From contig NC_091984.1 in NCBI RefSeq assembly GCF_044704955.1, forward strand, positions 147,498,001 through 147,562,000: a DNA stretch of 64,000 bases. Reading direction: 5' to 3'. Of this stretch, positions 1 through 12,475 are shown piece after piece. This DNA is from Pristiophorus japonicus (Eukaryota). The stretch's first letter is position 1. Each line of letters begins with the position of its first letter. A program made the translations under genes and the position numbers. The notes under the pieces are model-generated. The model saw only the letters and a list, made by a program, of their open reading frames with translations. It did no database searches and had not been told where the DNA came from.

Positions 1-3
1 CTG

Positions 4-10
4 AGGTAAG
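4..10 (+). promoter_or_regulatory. Candidate major splice donor of the ERV leader (AG|GTAAG)
   Basis: Consensus donor about 220 nt upstream of the gag ATG. A candidate env acceptor (ttctgtttcctgacAG) ends at 5031. Confidence 0.5.
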
Positions 11-224
11 GACTCCTCTTTATAAAAGTCCTCAGTCAAAAGTCTAAATTCGCCTCTCCTTCTTCGTGATTCCAAAAGCCTCTGGTTTGCGAACCCTCCA
101 GTTGGTAGTCGGTTCGAGGTCCCATCGACGTCTAAACTTCGGCGGTGTGTTAGTTAATTAATCACCGACCTATTGATCGGCTAGAAAGCCTACGACTCGA
201 GACTCCAGTAAAAAAATCAGTATT

Positions 225-1785
225 ATGGCAGCAGGAGATAAGAGCAAAGAATTGCCTACAACTGTTAAAGGTGGGCAAGCACCACCTGAGGTTTCGCTAG
301 ATGAAATTCTCGAACAGTTGAAAGAATACATAGAGCAACAATTCAATTTATCTAAAACCTATATTAAGATCGAACAAAAGTACGGAACCTCCAAAGGACA
401 ATGGTCCTTGGACGAGATTAAAAAGGTCTGGGGAAAAACGATCCGTGTGAAAAATAAAGAGCGAACTAGATGGTCCCTAGCCATTATGGGAACGATCCGA
501 AACTGGAATGAAATTATAATGCGTTCCCAACCTGATCGAGAACTGACCAGTACAAAGGATCAATTGCAAGCTGTTTGTGCACAGTTGCGACAGAAAAAGC
601 TTGAACTTGAAAAGCTGGAAGCGGAAGTTAAATATCTTAAAGGTGAAATTACAGAATGGAAAAAATCATTCGGTCAAGAGACAGTAATAGGAAAAGGAAA
701 ATGTATCGGTCAATTCCCAGGGTATCCATGTTTGGATAAATTAAAAGCGCAAACCCGAAGACACGACCGAGGAATAGATACGAATTCTGAATCCTCCGAC
801 GATACAGGGTCGGAGGATGAAGAATTAGGGGTGCGCTTTGCCCCATTTAAAAAAAGACGAGTTGTAGTCAAATCAGAAGAGACTGCGGATGAGGGCGGAA
901 CCAAAAAAACGAGGAAAAGGGTGTACGAAAAATACTTGGTTCATGATACGGCAGACCCAGAGAAAATTGATAAATGGTCCAAGGAATTGCCCAATCCAAA
1001 GAAAGGGGGAGTGAAAACGTGGGACCAATTGGACCGCTTAAGAAATATATATCAACTTCATCCCTGGGACGGAGTGCAAATTTTGACCATAATGGTGCCA
1101 AAAACACAGGGAAGAAAATTGCACGACAAGATAGAAGAAGCTTTGGGGCAGAATGAGCAAGAATTAGGCACAGGGTGGGAGGCGATTAAACACTGGCTGC
1201 AAGCCTTCAGTCCAGCTAAGACAGACTGGGGAAAATTGCAGCCTGCCAACAGAAAGGAACAGAGGAGGTCCTGGAGTATGACGAGCGGTTTAGATGCACA
1301 TGGCTAGAACATTCAGGTATGAATAATACGGATGAGGAAATGTATGAACAAGTGTTTGGACCCCTGAAAGCAGCTTTCGTGGCAGGTCTAAAGCCAGAAC
1401 TGTCCAAAATGCTTAAGGTAGTGTTACCGGACTGGGAAGGTAGAGGAACTACCTTTGCAGCATAGGTGGATCGATGTAACCAATTAGATCGGGATATGGG
1501 AGCTAAAGTCTGAGCTGTACAGGCTATGGGATGGAAATCCCAGAATTCCGATAAACAGTCATTAGGAAAATTACCCGGAAAATGTCATTATTGTGGGAAG
1601 GAAGGTCACTGGGCCAAGACGTGCAGGGCAAAACAGAAAGGTCGTGGCTGGGGAAGAGGACGCAGCCAGGGATACATTCAGCCAACAAGCCAGGCTTGTC
1701 ACAAGATAACGACCTCATAGAAGCATTTAAGCGACTGACAATACAACAACAGAAGGAGTTACTTGGGATAGCAAAAAACAATTAG
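225..1785 (+). pseudogene. gag: ERV gag, frameshifted (about 1240 and about 1680) with internal stops
   Basis: ORF 225-1307 (coiled coil, YPCL late-domain-like motif, capsid-like region), then CHYCGKEGHWAKTC zinc knuckle in ORF 1526-1720, then C-terminal tail ...ELLGIAKNN* ending at TAG 1783-1785. Confidence 0.88.
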
Positions 1786-4700
1786 AGCCCACCCTGGCCC
1801 CCCTCCTCGCACTGATACAACAGAGGGGAGATGGGCTATATATAACTGTGAGGGTGGGCGATAAGGATGTGGACTGTCTTTTAGACACAGGGGCGGAATT
1901 AACATGCTCACCCCTACAAAATGGAAACTTTTTGCCATTGGATGGTAGGGCATGTACAGCCTATGGAGTTGGAGGCCATAAAATGGAAATTAAAAGGACA
2001 ACACCGGTACTTATAGGGCTGGGTCCACATGAACTAACCACGCCGGTCTGGATAGGCCCAGTAGATCAACCCCTTTTGGGAATGGACGTTCTAATCCAAA
2101 TAGATTCATCGTTGCATTTTGAGGATGGTCGGGTGACATGGCCAATTAGAACTTTGAAGAAAGAAGAATTGAAGGAACACCCGATATGGGCTAAAGATAA
2201 GAACGATTGTGGCCTACTCCAGATGGAGCCTGCGCCATTTACCGGGACCAAGCCTCCATGCACTAAACAGTATCCCATCAGTCCAACTGCCATCGCGGGA
2301 ATCTTACCGGTTATTCAGCAATTGGAGAAACAAGGGGTGCTTATTAAAACGCATAGCTCCTCCAATAGCCCCGTGTGGCCGGTACAGAAATCTAATGAGA
2401 CTTGGCGTTTGACTGTCGATTATAGGAAAGCTAACCAGTGTATTGATCAAAAAGCTCCTTTGGTCGCAGATCCCGCCACCATTTTTAATGCCCTCAAACC
2501 GGAACATAAATATTTCTCGGTTATAGATATGGCCAACGGATTTTGGTCGGTGCCTCTGGCACCGGAGGTTCGACAGTGGTTTGCTTTCACGGTCCAAGGA
2601 CAACAGTATACTTGGACCCAGTTACCGCAGGGTTTCCACAACAGTCCTACGGTATTCCACATGGCTTTACAAAGCCATTTGCGAGAATTACCTCCCCTGT
2701 CATCCACAGTCATCCAATATGTGGACGATATCCTGCTAGCTTCAACCACGGAAGAACAGCATGAACAAGATTTACGAGCATTGCTGGACCACCTTCGGCT
2801 GAAAGGACAGAAAGCCAGCATCGACAAAGCACAAATATCCCAAGAAAAGGTTGTATACCTGGGACAAAAGATTTCACAAGGAAAGAGAGAACTTACCCAG
2901 GATAGAACTGCAGCCAATTGGGCTGCTAAAAAACCCACCACTATTCAGGAACTAAGGTCTTTTTTGGGATTGTGTAACTTTAACAGAAATTGGATTGACT
3001 CCTTCACACAGCTTGCTCAGCCATTGAATGATATTGTAAAGAGGAAACGTGCCTCTAAAGAAGCCATCACCCTCACTAAGGAACAACAAGAGGCCTTCCT
3101 GAGTTTGAAAAAGGCTTTGTGTTCGGCACCGGCTCTAGGAATCCCTGACAGTGGTAAGCCATTTATCCTGTTTGTCCATGACAAAGAAGGATATATGACA
3201 GCGAAACTGACACAAGCACATGAGGATCGGCAAAGACCTATTGGCTATTATTCGGCAAAACTGGATGCGGTAGCCCTTGGATGGGGAAGTTGCCTAAGGG
3301 CCATGGAAGCTACATGTCGAGCGGTAATGATCACTGCGGGTCTAGTCCTCGACCAAAAGCTGATTGTCAAGTGTCCCCACACCGTACACGCTTTGCTGTC
3401 TCTGAATAGAATGTCTCAGGTGACGGCAGCTAGATGGACCCGCTGGACAGCAGTTTTGGAAGCTCCAAATCTCCATATCGTCCGGGCCAGCCCGGTTAAT
3501 CCCGCAACTATGCTCCCGATGTCAGAATCGACGGAGCAAGAGCGGGGAGAATGTGAAGAGCATGACTGCGTGGAGATTTAAAAAGAAACAGAAGAAGCAG
3601 CCTTAGCAGCAGAGGAGCCTCTACACAACCCAGACCTCATCCTGTTTCCAGATGGTTCCTCCTTTGTTGACAATGGTACCAGAAAAGCAGGATGGGCAGT
3701 TACAACCTTATATGAGGTAGTGGCAAAAGGATGTTTACCCTCAGGAACGTCAGCACAACAGGCCGAGTTACGGGCTCTGTCAGAAGCATGTCGAATAGCA
3801 GAAGGACAGACAGCTAATGTCGACACAGATTCACGTTATGCTTTTGGAGTCGTTCACGACTTTGGTCAGTTATGGCGGAAAAGAGGATTCCTCACTGCTG
3901 CTGGTACACCTATCCGAAATGGAAAAGAAGTCCGAGACTTACTGGAGGCCATACAATTACCTCAGGAAGTGTCCATCCTGAAGTGTAAGGCCCATACAAA
4001 GGAAAATACCACAGAAGCTCAGGGAAATGCCCGAGCCGACCAGGCAGCTAAAGATGCTGCCTCACAGGGCGTTCCTCCAGAAGAACCAAAACAGATGTGC
4101 AGATTGAAAGCACTCAGGACTCTGACACGAGACATTCAAACAATGCAAGGCGAGTGCTCCCGAGAGGAAAAATGGACATGGATTGAGGCAGGAATTAAGC
4201 TATGTGAAGATGGTGTCTGGAGACAAAGAGTTACCGACAAGCCAGTTGCGCCACAAGCGCTTATGCCTTTTTTAGCCCAACAGATCCACTCGTGGGGACA
4301 CTTGGCCTCACAACAGATGACGGCACGGTTCCAGAAAAGCTGGTGGGGTCGGAGATTTAAAAAACATGCCCGGCTGGTAACAGACCGCTGTGTGGTCTGC
4401 CAGAAAAATAATTCTGGACCCATCACGGTAATGCCCCAACTGAGGCCTCCTGCCCCTGTCGGACCATTCCAGCATCTGCAGGTTGATTATATATCTCTTC
4501 CTTCATGCCAAGGATACACTAACATTCTTGTCATGGTCGACAGACTCTCTAGATGGGTAGAAGCTGTCCCAACTAAAAGAGCCACAGGCAATCACACTGC
4601 AAAGGTCTTGTGTAAGGATTACATTCCCCGATGGGGAGTCCCGAGTAGCATTGACTCAGATCAGGGAACACACTTCACAGGTGCTGTCTGCCAAGAAGTC

Positions 4701-5253
4701 TGTAGGTTACTGAACATTACATAGGATTTACACTGTCCTTATCATTCACAATCATCAGGACAAGTAGAACGAATGAATCAAACTCTGAAACAACAGCTTG
4801 CCAAATATCACCAAGAAGGAACACCATGGCCCCAGGCATTACCAATAGTGTAGCATTAGGGCAACCCCGAACAGAACTACAGGTCTAAGCCCATTTGAAA
4901 TTATAACAGGAAGAACCATGTCGCTGCCAGGAACTATCGATTTACGGAAAGCTGATGTTTACTTAATGAGTGACACTTTGTTATCATACTGTCAGAACTT
5001 AACCAATGCTATTAGTTCTGTTTCCTGACAGGTATCGACAGCTTGGGGTAATCCACCTGAAGGAGGACACGACATCATCCCGGGAGTCTGGGTGTATGTG
5101 AAAAAGTTGCATAAAGAACCTTTGGGTGTCAAGTGGGAGGGATCTTATCAAGTGTTATTGACCACCCAGGCAGCTGTTGAAGTCCAAGGAAAGAAAGCCT
5201 GGATCCACGCTTCACACGTTAAACGAGCACCCGTAACTGAATCTGAAATCTAA
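1773..5253 (+). pseudogene. pol: ERV pro-pol (protease, RT, RNase H, integrase) with stops at 3579, 4722 and 5026 and a frameshift near 4850
   Basis: DCLLDTGAE; LPQGFHNSP; QYVDDILL; TSAQQAEL and TDSRYAF (RNase H); HSWGH..CVVC, QVDY, SDQG (integrase); C-terminal KWEGSYQVLLTT..WIHASHVKRAP ending at TAA 5251-5253. Confidence 0.95.
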
Positions 5254-5277
5254 TAAGGACAATTACTTTTTGCCAAA

Positions 5278-6621
5278 ATATATAAATTTACTGTATTACT
5301 GATTGAAGGTATCCTAGGCATAGACCTACTTCTTACTAGCCGACCCTCTGCACCAAAGGGAAATAGTAGGGTAGCAAGGGAATTACATGTAAATACCTTT
5401 TTATATATGTCATACATTTATGCCAAACAAGGTAACATTTCTAGTTGTTGGGGTGTGCGCATATTCCTATTTACTCAAAGGGAGGGATTCCCTTGAGGCC
5501 AGTTCCTTGAATATCTCGGAAATGGCTGAGTGGATAATTAATCAAAACAAAACAGGCAATGCGTTTCAGGATCAGGAAAACTGGGCACGTAAATGGAAGT
5601 CAGCAGGTTACAATCTGACTACCTTTGAAGGGGGATACGAACCGTGCTACAATAATTCCAAACGGCCCCCATTTTTTGTTGTCACTAATACAACGGGAAT
5701 AGGAAGACCGGGGGAATCGGTCTGTCTGATTATAAACATGAAAGGAGGCCAAAATATGGGGTATAGTAACTGCTCCCGGAATTATAATATAATCAAGCCA
5801 CGGAACCGTCCAATCTGGGCCGATGTGGGAATTCTTAACCTAACGGGGATTCTGAATAAAACGGATGGAAAAGCGTGGACAGGCCCCGGAGTGTTGCTGA
5901 CAAAGAAACAGCTAACATTCATTGCCTATAATGGCACCTATTGGGTGTGTGGCCACAAGGCCTACCCTTGGCTGCCCCAGAATTGGACGGGATCCTGCTA
6001 TTTAGCCTACATTGTGCCTTATATGTATCATATAAAGTCACTGTCGGAACACGTCCTAAGAGAGCTATCACAGAAACAGAGAGGTTCTTTGCCATTCTGA
6101 TTCCCAGGTATGGGATCGCCAGACTGGCAAGAGAATCCATTAACATGGCATCCGTTGTGGAACGGGTAGCCAATGATACCTCAGAGGCCCGAGTTAAAAT
6201 CAATGCAGAAATGGTAGCAATCCGCACAATAGCCCTACAGAATAGACTGGCACTTGATTACATCCTGGCTGAAAAGGGAGGTACTTGCGCCCTACTCGGA
6301 ACTGAGTGTTGCACATATATCCCAGATAGCTCCGAACAAATTACCCACTTAACGGAGCATATCCAAAAGGAGGTAGAAAAACTTAAGCAACCCCCATCAT
6401 TCACTTTGTGGAGTGGAGCTACTGAATGGCTAGGTTCAATAGGAACTTCATTGGTGGAAGGTTTAATTCTATTTGTTGTAATTATTTTACTTTTATATTG
6501 TTTGTTTATGTTGATTAAATGTTGTTGCGACCAGGTGGCTGTAGCTGCTGTCCCGCAGGTGAGACACCTTGCAGGTCCCAGCAGACCATCTGTACATGGC
6601 ATAGAGGTATGTTATGCTTAA
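5278..6621 (+). pseudogene. env: ERV env, gamma-type, frameshifted near 5450 and 6040; no ATG at the expected start
   Basis: Disrupted CWVC motif near 5446, YWVCG..W.GSCYL in SU, RPKR furin site near 6052, immunosuppressive domain LQNRLALDYILAEKGGTC, CX6CC (CALLGTECC), TM anchor LILFVVIILLLYCLFMLI. Confidence 0.93.
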
Positions 6622-6866
6622 GGGAAGGTTGTTTACTGGTTGAATTAAGATATTGATTTGGATTAAATTGGAATAAGGTTAATTAACCTACTAAAACCAG
6701 ACTCCATTGTGGCCACGATGGAATTCGGGTTGGTGTAAATTTGTGTCGAAGCTACTAGTGGCGAAACACATCAACAAATTTTAGAAGGAGACTCTATTAA
6801 AATCTATGAAATTATTTTGTAGAATGTTGAACCAGTGATAGCTGATGTTTTATGATTCAGTTTGTG

Positions 6867-6881
6867 AAAGAATCAAAGGGG
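6867..6881 (+). promoter_or_regulatory. Polypurine tract
   Basis: AAAGAATCAAAGGGG directly before the TG that starts the LTR. Confidence 0.75.
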
Positions 6882-7245
6882 TGATGAATCGAGAATTCAA
6901 ACAGGCTGCATTTAGACAGGCTGTGAAAATTCACAGACACCAATCAGAGATGCGACGTGAGTGGGAGCATGTTGCATTAAGTCATCAATCAACTTGACAT
7001 TTTAGGACTTTGGGTAGCGAGCCAATTGAAAGGTTGAAAGGCTATTAATTGAGCCAATAAGGTCAAAGAAGGCGAGTTCATCTCTGTAAATTGATCCAGG
7101 TATAAGTACAGCCATTTTGACCATGTGATATCAGAAGGACAAAGACCTGGCTTAAAGCCAAGAGCTTCTGACTGCTGCCAAAAATAAAGTGACATTAAAA
7201 CTACAATCGGAGTTCGCATTTCATTGGAAATTAAGAGATCTAACA
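6882..7245 (+). mobile_element. ERV 3' LTR (about 364 bp)
   Basis: TGATGAATC...GATCTAACA imperfect inverted ends, TATAAG at 7101, AATAAA at 7183-7188. Confidence 0.8.
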
Positions 7246-7931
7246 ATATTCCAGGTGAGGCCTCACTAAGGCCCTGTACAGCTGCAGGAAGACCTCCCTG
7301 CTTCGATATTCAAATCCCCTTGCTATGAAGGCCAACATACCATTTGCCTTCTTTACTACCTGCGTGCCCACTTTCAGTGACTAATGAACCATGGCACCCA
7401 GGTCTCGTTGCACCTCCCCTTTTTCTAGTTTGCCGCCATTCAGATAATATTCTGCCTTCGTGTTTTTGCCCCCAAAATGGATAACCTCACATTTATCCAC
7501 ATTATACTGCATCTACCATGCATTTGCCCACTCATCTAACCTGTCCAAGTCACCCTGCTGCCTCTTACAGTCCTCCTCACAGCTCACAATGCCACCCAGT
7601 TTAGTGTCATCCGCAAACTTGGACATATTACACTCAATTCCTTCATCTAAATCATTAATGTACATTGTAAAGAGCTGGAGTCCCAGCACTGAGCCCTGCG
7701 GCACTCCACTAGTCACTGCCTGCCATTCTGAAAAGGACCCGTTTATCCCGACTCTCTGCTTTCTGTCTGCCAACCAGTTCGCTATTCACATCAGTATATT
7801 ACCCCCAATACCATGTGCTTTGATTTTGCACACCAATCTCTTGTGCGGGACCTTGTCAAAAGACTTTTGAAAGTCCAAATACACCACATCCACTGGTTCT
7901 CCCTTCTCCACTCTGCTAGTTACATCCTCAA
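7246..7931 (-). mobile_element. CR1 LINE fragment (host of the ERV insertion)
   Basis: RT motifs GVPQGSVLG and KFADDTKL on the minus strand. Confidence 0.9.
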
Positions 7932-7975
7932 GTGGTTGACATTTAACTGCCCTGTGAAATGGCCCAGTGAGTCAC

Positions 7976-8595
7976 TGTAAGATGTGTGGATTTATCTCTC
8001 ACCCATCCAACAGTTTATAGAGTTCGGACCCATGGAACAGACAGCTCAAGACAAAGATTTCTGGAATAAGTTCTCTTTACTTAAAATCAACAAGAGATTA
8101 CAAGTAAGCCTCTAATAGTACTGTTACACACAGTAATCCCAGATTATAAATAAGCCTCTAATAGTACTGTTACAAACTTTCGCAGCTTTTTTTATACCCC
8201 AAAACTGGGCAGTCCCTCAGTGTGTCCGTGTCCCATTCGATGGGAGTAAAGGGCAGTCCCTCAGTGTGTGCATGTCCCATTCGATGGGAGTAATGGCCGT
8301 AGATGTTCTTCTCCTCTCCTGATCAGTTAATCAGTGGGCCTCAAAACTGGAGACTTCATGTGTGCTGATGTTCCTGTTTCTGGGTCTGTTCTCGCAAAGC
8401 TCTCACGGTCTGAAGGCCACTATTTCCCTTACCTGTGAAACACAGCTTTCGAAGTAGCTCAACCACAGGACAGCTTGCAGCGTTCAGCAGCTTTAATGAA
8501 CATTTGTGCAGCAGAAAGTCCTGTTGGCCTCGCGAGGCATGCTGGTACATAAAATCTGGTCAAGTTACAGCAAACTTGTACAAAATCTTTCCCCA
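7976..8595 (-). mobile_element. Solo LTR (about 620 bp) inserted in a SINE/LINE tail
   Basis: Minus strand reads TGGGGAAAG...CTTACA; TATAAAA at about 8190-8196; internal direct repeats at 8105-8128/8151-8174 and 8207-8249/8251-8293. Confidence 0.65.
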
Positions 8596-8714
8596 CTCAG
8601 TTGTACAAACCACTATTAAAAAAAGGAACTGCGGTTCTTCTCAAGGGCAATTAGGGATGGACAATAAATGCTGCCTTACTGGTGACACCCACATCCCAGG
8701 AACTAATAAAACAA

Positions 8715-10135
8715 ATTAAAGGGACAGTGGCAGCATGGATACGAAATTGGCTAAGGGACAAGAAACGGAGAGTAGTGGTGAACGGTTGTTTTTCGGACTG
8801 GAGGAAGGTATACAGTGGTGTTCCCCAGGGGTCAGTACTGGGACCACTGCTTTTCTTGGTGAATTTCAATGATTTGGATGTGAGTACACAGGGCACAATT
8901 TAAAAATTTTCAGATGAAACAAAACTTGGAAGTACAGGTTGTACCTCCCTTATCGAGAATTCCCTTATCCGGAATCACTCCTCGACCAGAACCATTTCCG
9001 GCCACTCCGACGTGAACAAATTGAAGAAATGAAAGTCCTTCCTCACTGCCGACTCTCACAATCGCTGGCCTGACCCCGTGATCCACCGCCTCTCCTAATG
9101 ATCTCTCTACCACTCTCCCAGCCCCAAGCCAGCCAGCCCCGATAACCCCTTGCTCAGTACCTGTACCATCCAATTTAACATGACCATCCCTCGTCTGGAA
9201 AAATCCCTTATCCAGAACAGGCCAGGTCCCGAGGGTTCCGGATAATGGAGGTTTAATCTGTACAGTGATCAATGAGGAGGATGCTGATAGGCTTCAAAAC
9301 ATAGACAGGTTGGTGGAATGGGCGTAGACGTGGCAGATGAAATTTAACGCAAAAAAGTGTAAAGTGATACATTTCAGCAGAAAGAATGATGAGAGGAAAT
9401 ATAAACTAAAGATTACAATCATAAAGGGGGTAGCATGAACATAGAGACCTGGGGGTATATGTGCACAAATCGTTGTAGGTGGCAGGGCAGGTTGACAAAA
9501 CGATTTCAAGAAAGCATACGGGATCCTGGGCTTCATAAATAGAGGCATAGAGTACAAAAGCGTGGAAATTATGATGAACCTGTATATAACACTGGTTTGG
9601 CCTCAACTGGAGTATTGTGTCCAAGGAGGTGAAAGCCTTGGAGAGGGTGCAGAGGGGATTTACAGGAATGGTTCCAGGGATGAGGGACTTCAGTTACGTG
9701 GATAGACTGGAGAAGCTGAAGTTGTTCTCCTTGGAGCAGAGAAGGTTGAGAGGACATTTGCTGGAGGTGTTCAAAATCATGAGGGGTCTGGATAGAGTAG
9801 ATAGAGAGAAACTGTTCCCATTGGCTGAATGGTCGAGAACCAGAGGACACAGATTTAAGGTTTTTGGCAGAAGAACCAAAGGCGACATGAGGGAAAACTT
9901 TTTTACGCAGCGATTTTTACGCAACGTGGTTAGGATCTGCAATGCGCTGCCTGAAAGGGTGGTGGAGACAGACTCAATCGTGGCTTTCAAAAGGGAATTG
10001 GATAAGTACCTGAAAGTAAACAATTTGCAGGGCTACGGGGAAGGGGGAGTGGGACTTGCTGAAGTGCTCTTGCAGAGAGCTGGCACATGCTTGATGGGCC
10101 AAATGGCCTCCTCCTGTGCTGCAACCATTCTATGA
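8715..10135 (+). mobile_element. CR1 LINE 3' fragment
   Basis: [22 protein letters not shown].., RTRGH, FFTQR; 3' UTR ending ttctatg. Confidence 0.9.
8935..9260. mobile_element. Tc1/mariner (pogo/Tigger-like) MITE inside CR1
   Basis: Imperfect TIRs CAGGTTGTACCTCCCTTATC / GATAATGGAGGTTTAATCTG with TA on both sides (8933-8934, 9261-9262). Confidence 0.75.
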
Positions 10136-10139
10136 TTCA

Positions 10140-10968
10140 GTGAGTTGCGAATGGAACTGAACACTGTGCAGTCATCAGTGAACATCCCCACTTCTGACCT
10201 TATGGTGGAGGGAAGGTCATTGGTGAAGCAGCTGAAGATGGTTGGGCCTAGGACACTGCCCTGAGGAACTCCTGCAGTGATGTCCTGGGGCTAAGATGAT
10301 TGACCTCCAACAACTACCACCATCTTCCTTTGTGCTCGGTATGACTCCAGCCAGCGGAGAGTTTTCCCCCTGATTCTCAATGACTTCAGGTTTAATGGGC
10401 CCCTTGATCCCACACTCGGTCAAATGCTGGCTTGATGTCAAGGGCAGTCACTCTCACCTCACCTCTGGAATTCAGCTCTTTTGTCCATGCTTAGACCAAT
10501 GCTGTAATGAGTTCTGGGGCCAAGTGGTCGTCGCAGAACCCAAACTGAGCATCTGTGAGCAGGTTATTAGTGAGTAAGTGCCGTTTGATAGCACTGTTGA
10601 TGACAACTTCCTGCACTTTGCTGATGATTGGGAGTAGACTGATGGGGCGGTAATTGGCCGGATTGGATTTGTCCTGCTTTTTGTGGACAGGACATACCTG
10701 GGCAGTTTTACACATTGTCGGATAGATGTCAGTGTTGTAGCTGTACTGGAACAGCTTGGCTAGAGGTGCGGATAGTTCTGGAGCACAAGATTTTAGCATG
10801 ACAGCCAGGATGTTGCCGGGGCCCATAGCCTTTGCTGTATCCAGTGTGCTCAGCCATTTCTTGATATCACGTGGAGTGAATTGAATTGGCTGAAGACTGG
10901 CTTCTGAGATGGTGGGAACATCAGGAGGAGGCCAATATGGATCATCCACTCGGCACTTCTGCCTGAAT
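10140..10968 (-). mobile_element. Older LINE RT fragment (CR1/L2 group)
   Basis: KAMGP..ELSAPL..KSNPANYRPISLL..QFGF. Confidence 0.8.
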
Positions 10969-12470
10969 GCTAGGAGAGACATTAAAAAGCAGCACCTCAA
11001 AGGTAATAATCCCCGGATTACTCCCGGAGGCACCTGCTAGTGATTACAGAAACAGGAGGATAGAGAAGGTGAATGCGTGTCTGGAGAGATGGTGCAGGAG
11101 GAAGGGCTTTAGATTCCTGACGCATTGGGACCATTTCTGTTGGACCTGTACAAACTGGACGGGTTGCACCTCAACAGAGCCGGGACCAATATCCTCGCGG
11201 GGGGGGATTTGCTCTTGCAGTTGGGGAGGGTTTAAACTAGCTTGGAAGGGGGTTGGGAACCGGAGAATAGATTCAGTGGGGAGAGAAGTAAAGCTGAAAT
11301 TGGGCAGCAGAGAAGTAGAAAGTGTATTTGGAAGACAGAGTAAACAAGGGCTGGAAAATAGACAACAGGCAGTTTGGCAGTGCTAAATGGTATTTACTTC
11401 AATGCAAGGAGTATAGGGAATAAGGCTGAGATGAGCTGAGAGCACAGGTAGACACTTGGGAGTACGATATTATAGCTGTTACTGAGACATGGCTGAAAGG
11501 AGGGCAGGTATAGCAGCTCAACATTCCTGGTTACAGGGTTTTCAGACGGGATAGAGAGAGGGATAAAAAAGGAGGGGGTCACAGTATTAATTAAAGAAAC
11601 AATTGCAGCTGTGAGAAGGGATGATATGTGAGAGGGGTCATCAAACGAGGCCATATGGGTTGAATAGAAGAACAAAAAAAGGGGCGATCACACTACTGGG
11701 ACTGTACTGTAGACCCCCAAACAATCGGAGGGAGATAGAAGAACAAATATTTGGGCAAATTGCTGCGAAGTGCAAAAACTATAGAGCTGTAATAGTGGGG
11801 AATTTCAACGACCCGAATATTAACTGGGAAAAAAGTAGTGTGAATGGTGCAGAAATTGCTAAAATGCATTCCGGAGAATTTCTTTAGCCAGTATGTAACA
11901 AGTGTACCAGATGGCGGGCGGTCGAGGGGGTCGTTCAGCCCGAATGCCTGCCTCTTTTCTGCGGGTACATTCGAGCCACGGTGTCCCTGGAGATGGAGCA
12001 CGCGGTGTCCACCGATATGCTCGCAGCCTTCCGCGAGAGGTGGGCACCAGAGGGACTGGAGTGTGTCATCACCCCCAGCAACCAAGTTTTAATTTGATCC
12101 TTTAAATGTCAAAAGTTTAATTTGTTTAATGTGTCGGTTTGAGTGCACCTTTAAGAATGGGGCACTTTATTCATCGTTTCATCAAAAAGTTGTAACAAGT
12201 CCAACAAGGGAGGGGGCGGTTCTGGACTTGGTTTTGGGGAGTGAAGAGGGGCAGGTGGAAAGGGTATCAGTGGGAGAGCATTTTGATGCCAGTGATCATA
12301 AATCAGTTAGATTTAGTGAAGTTATGGAAAAGGACAAAGGTGGACCTGGAATAAAAGTTTTCAATTGGGGAAAAGCCAATTTTGCTGAGCTGAGATGGGA
12401 TTTGGCCAAAGTGGACTGGAAACGGCTACTTGATGGTAAATCAGTGTCAGAGCAGTGGGAGGCGTTCGCG
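10969..12470 (+). mobile_element. CR1 LINE: end of ORF1 esterase plus endonuclease
   Basis: ERWCRRKGFRFL.HWD; TLLGLYCRPPN; VLDLVLG; NWGKANF. Confidence 0.85.
11904..12190 (+). mobile_element. Tx1-like LINE 3' end with a 10-bp target-site duplication
   Basis: TGTAACAAGT at 11894-11903 and 12191-12200; internal frame ..GYIRATVSLEMEHAVSTDMLAAFRERWAPEGLEC resembles a Tx1 ORF2 C-terminus. Confidence 0.7.
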
Positions 12471-12475
12471 GAGGA

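Larger units (their letters stand above)
1..7245 (+). mobile_element. Endogenous retrovirus, class I (epsilon/gamma-like), degenerate; 5' LTR and PBS lie outside the window
   Basis: Colinear gag (CCHC knuckle), protease (LLDTGA), RT (LPQGF, YVDD), tether (RPIGYYSAKLDAVALGW), RNase H, integrase, gamma-type env, PPT and LTR ending in CA. A CR1 sequence resumes immediately after 7245. Confidence 0.95.

Noticed and set aside
7460-7870. Recurrent 'MFLPPKWITSHL...' ORFs (also at 29082, 36289, 61741)
   Set aside because: Antisense shadow frames of the CR1 reverse transcriptase.
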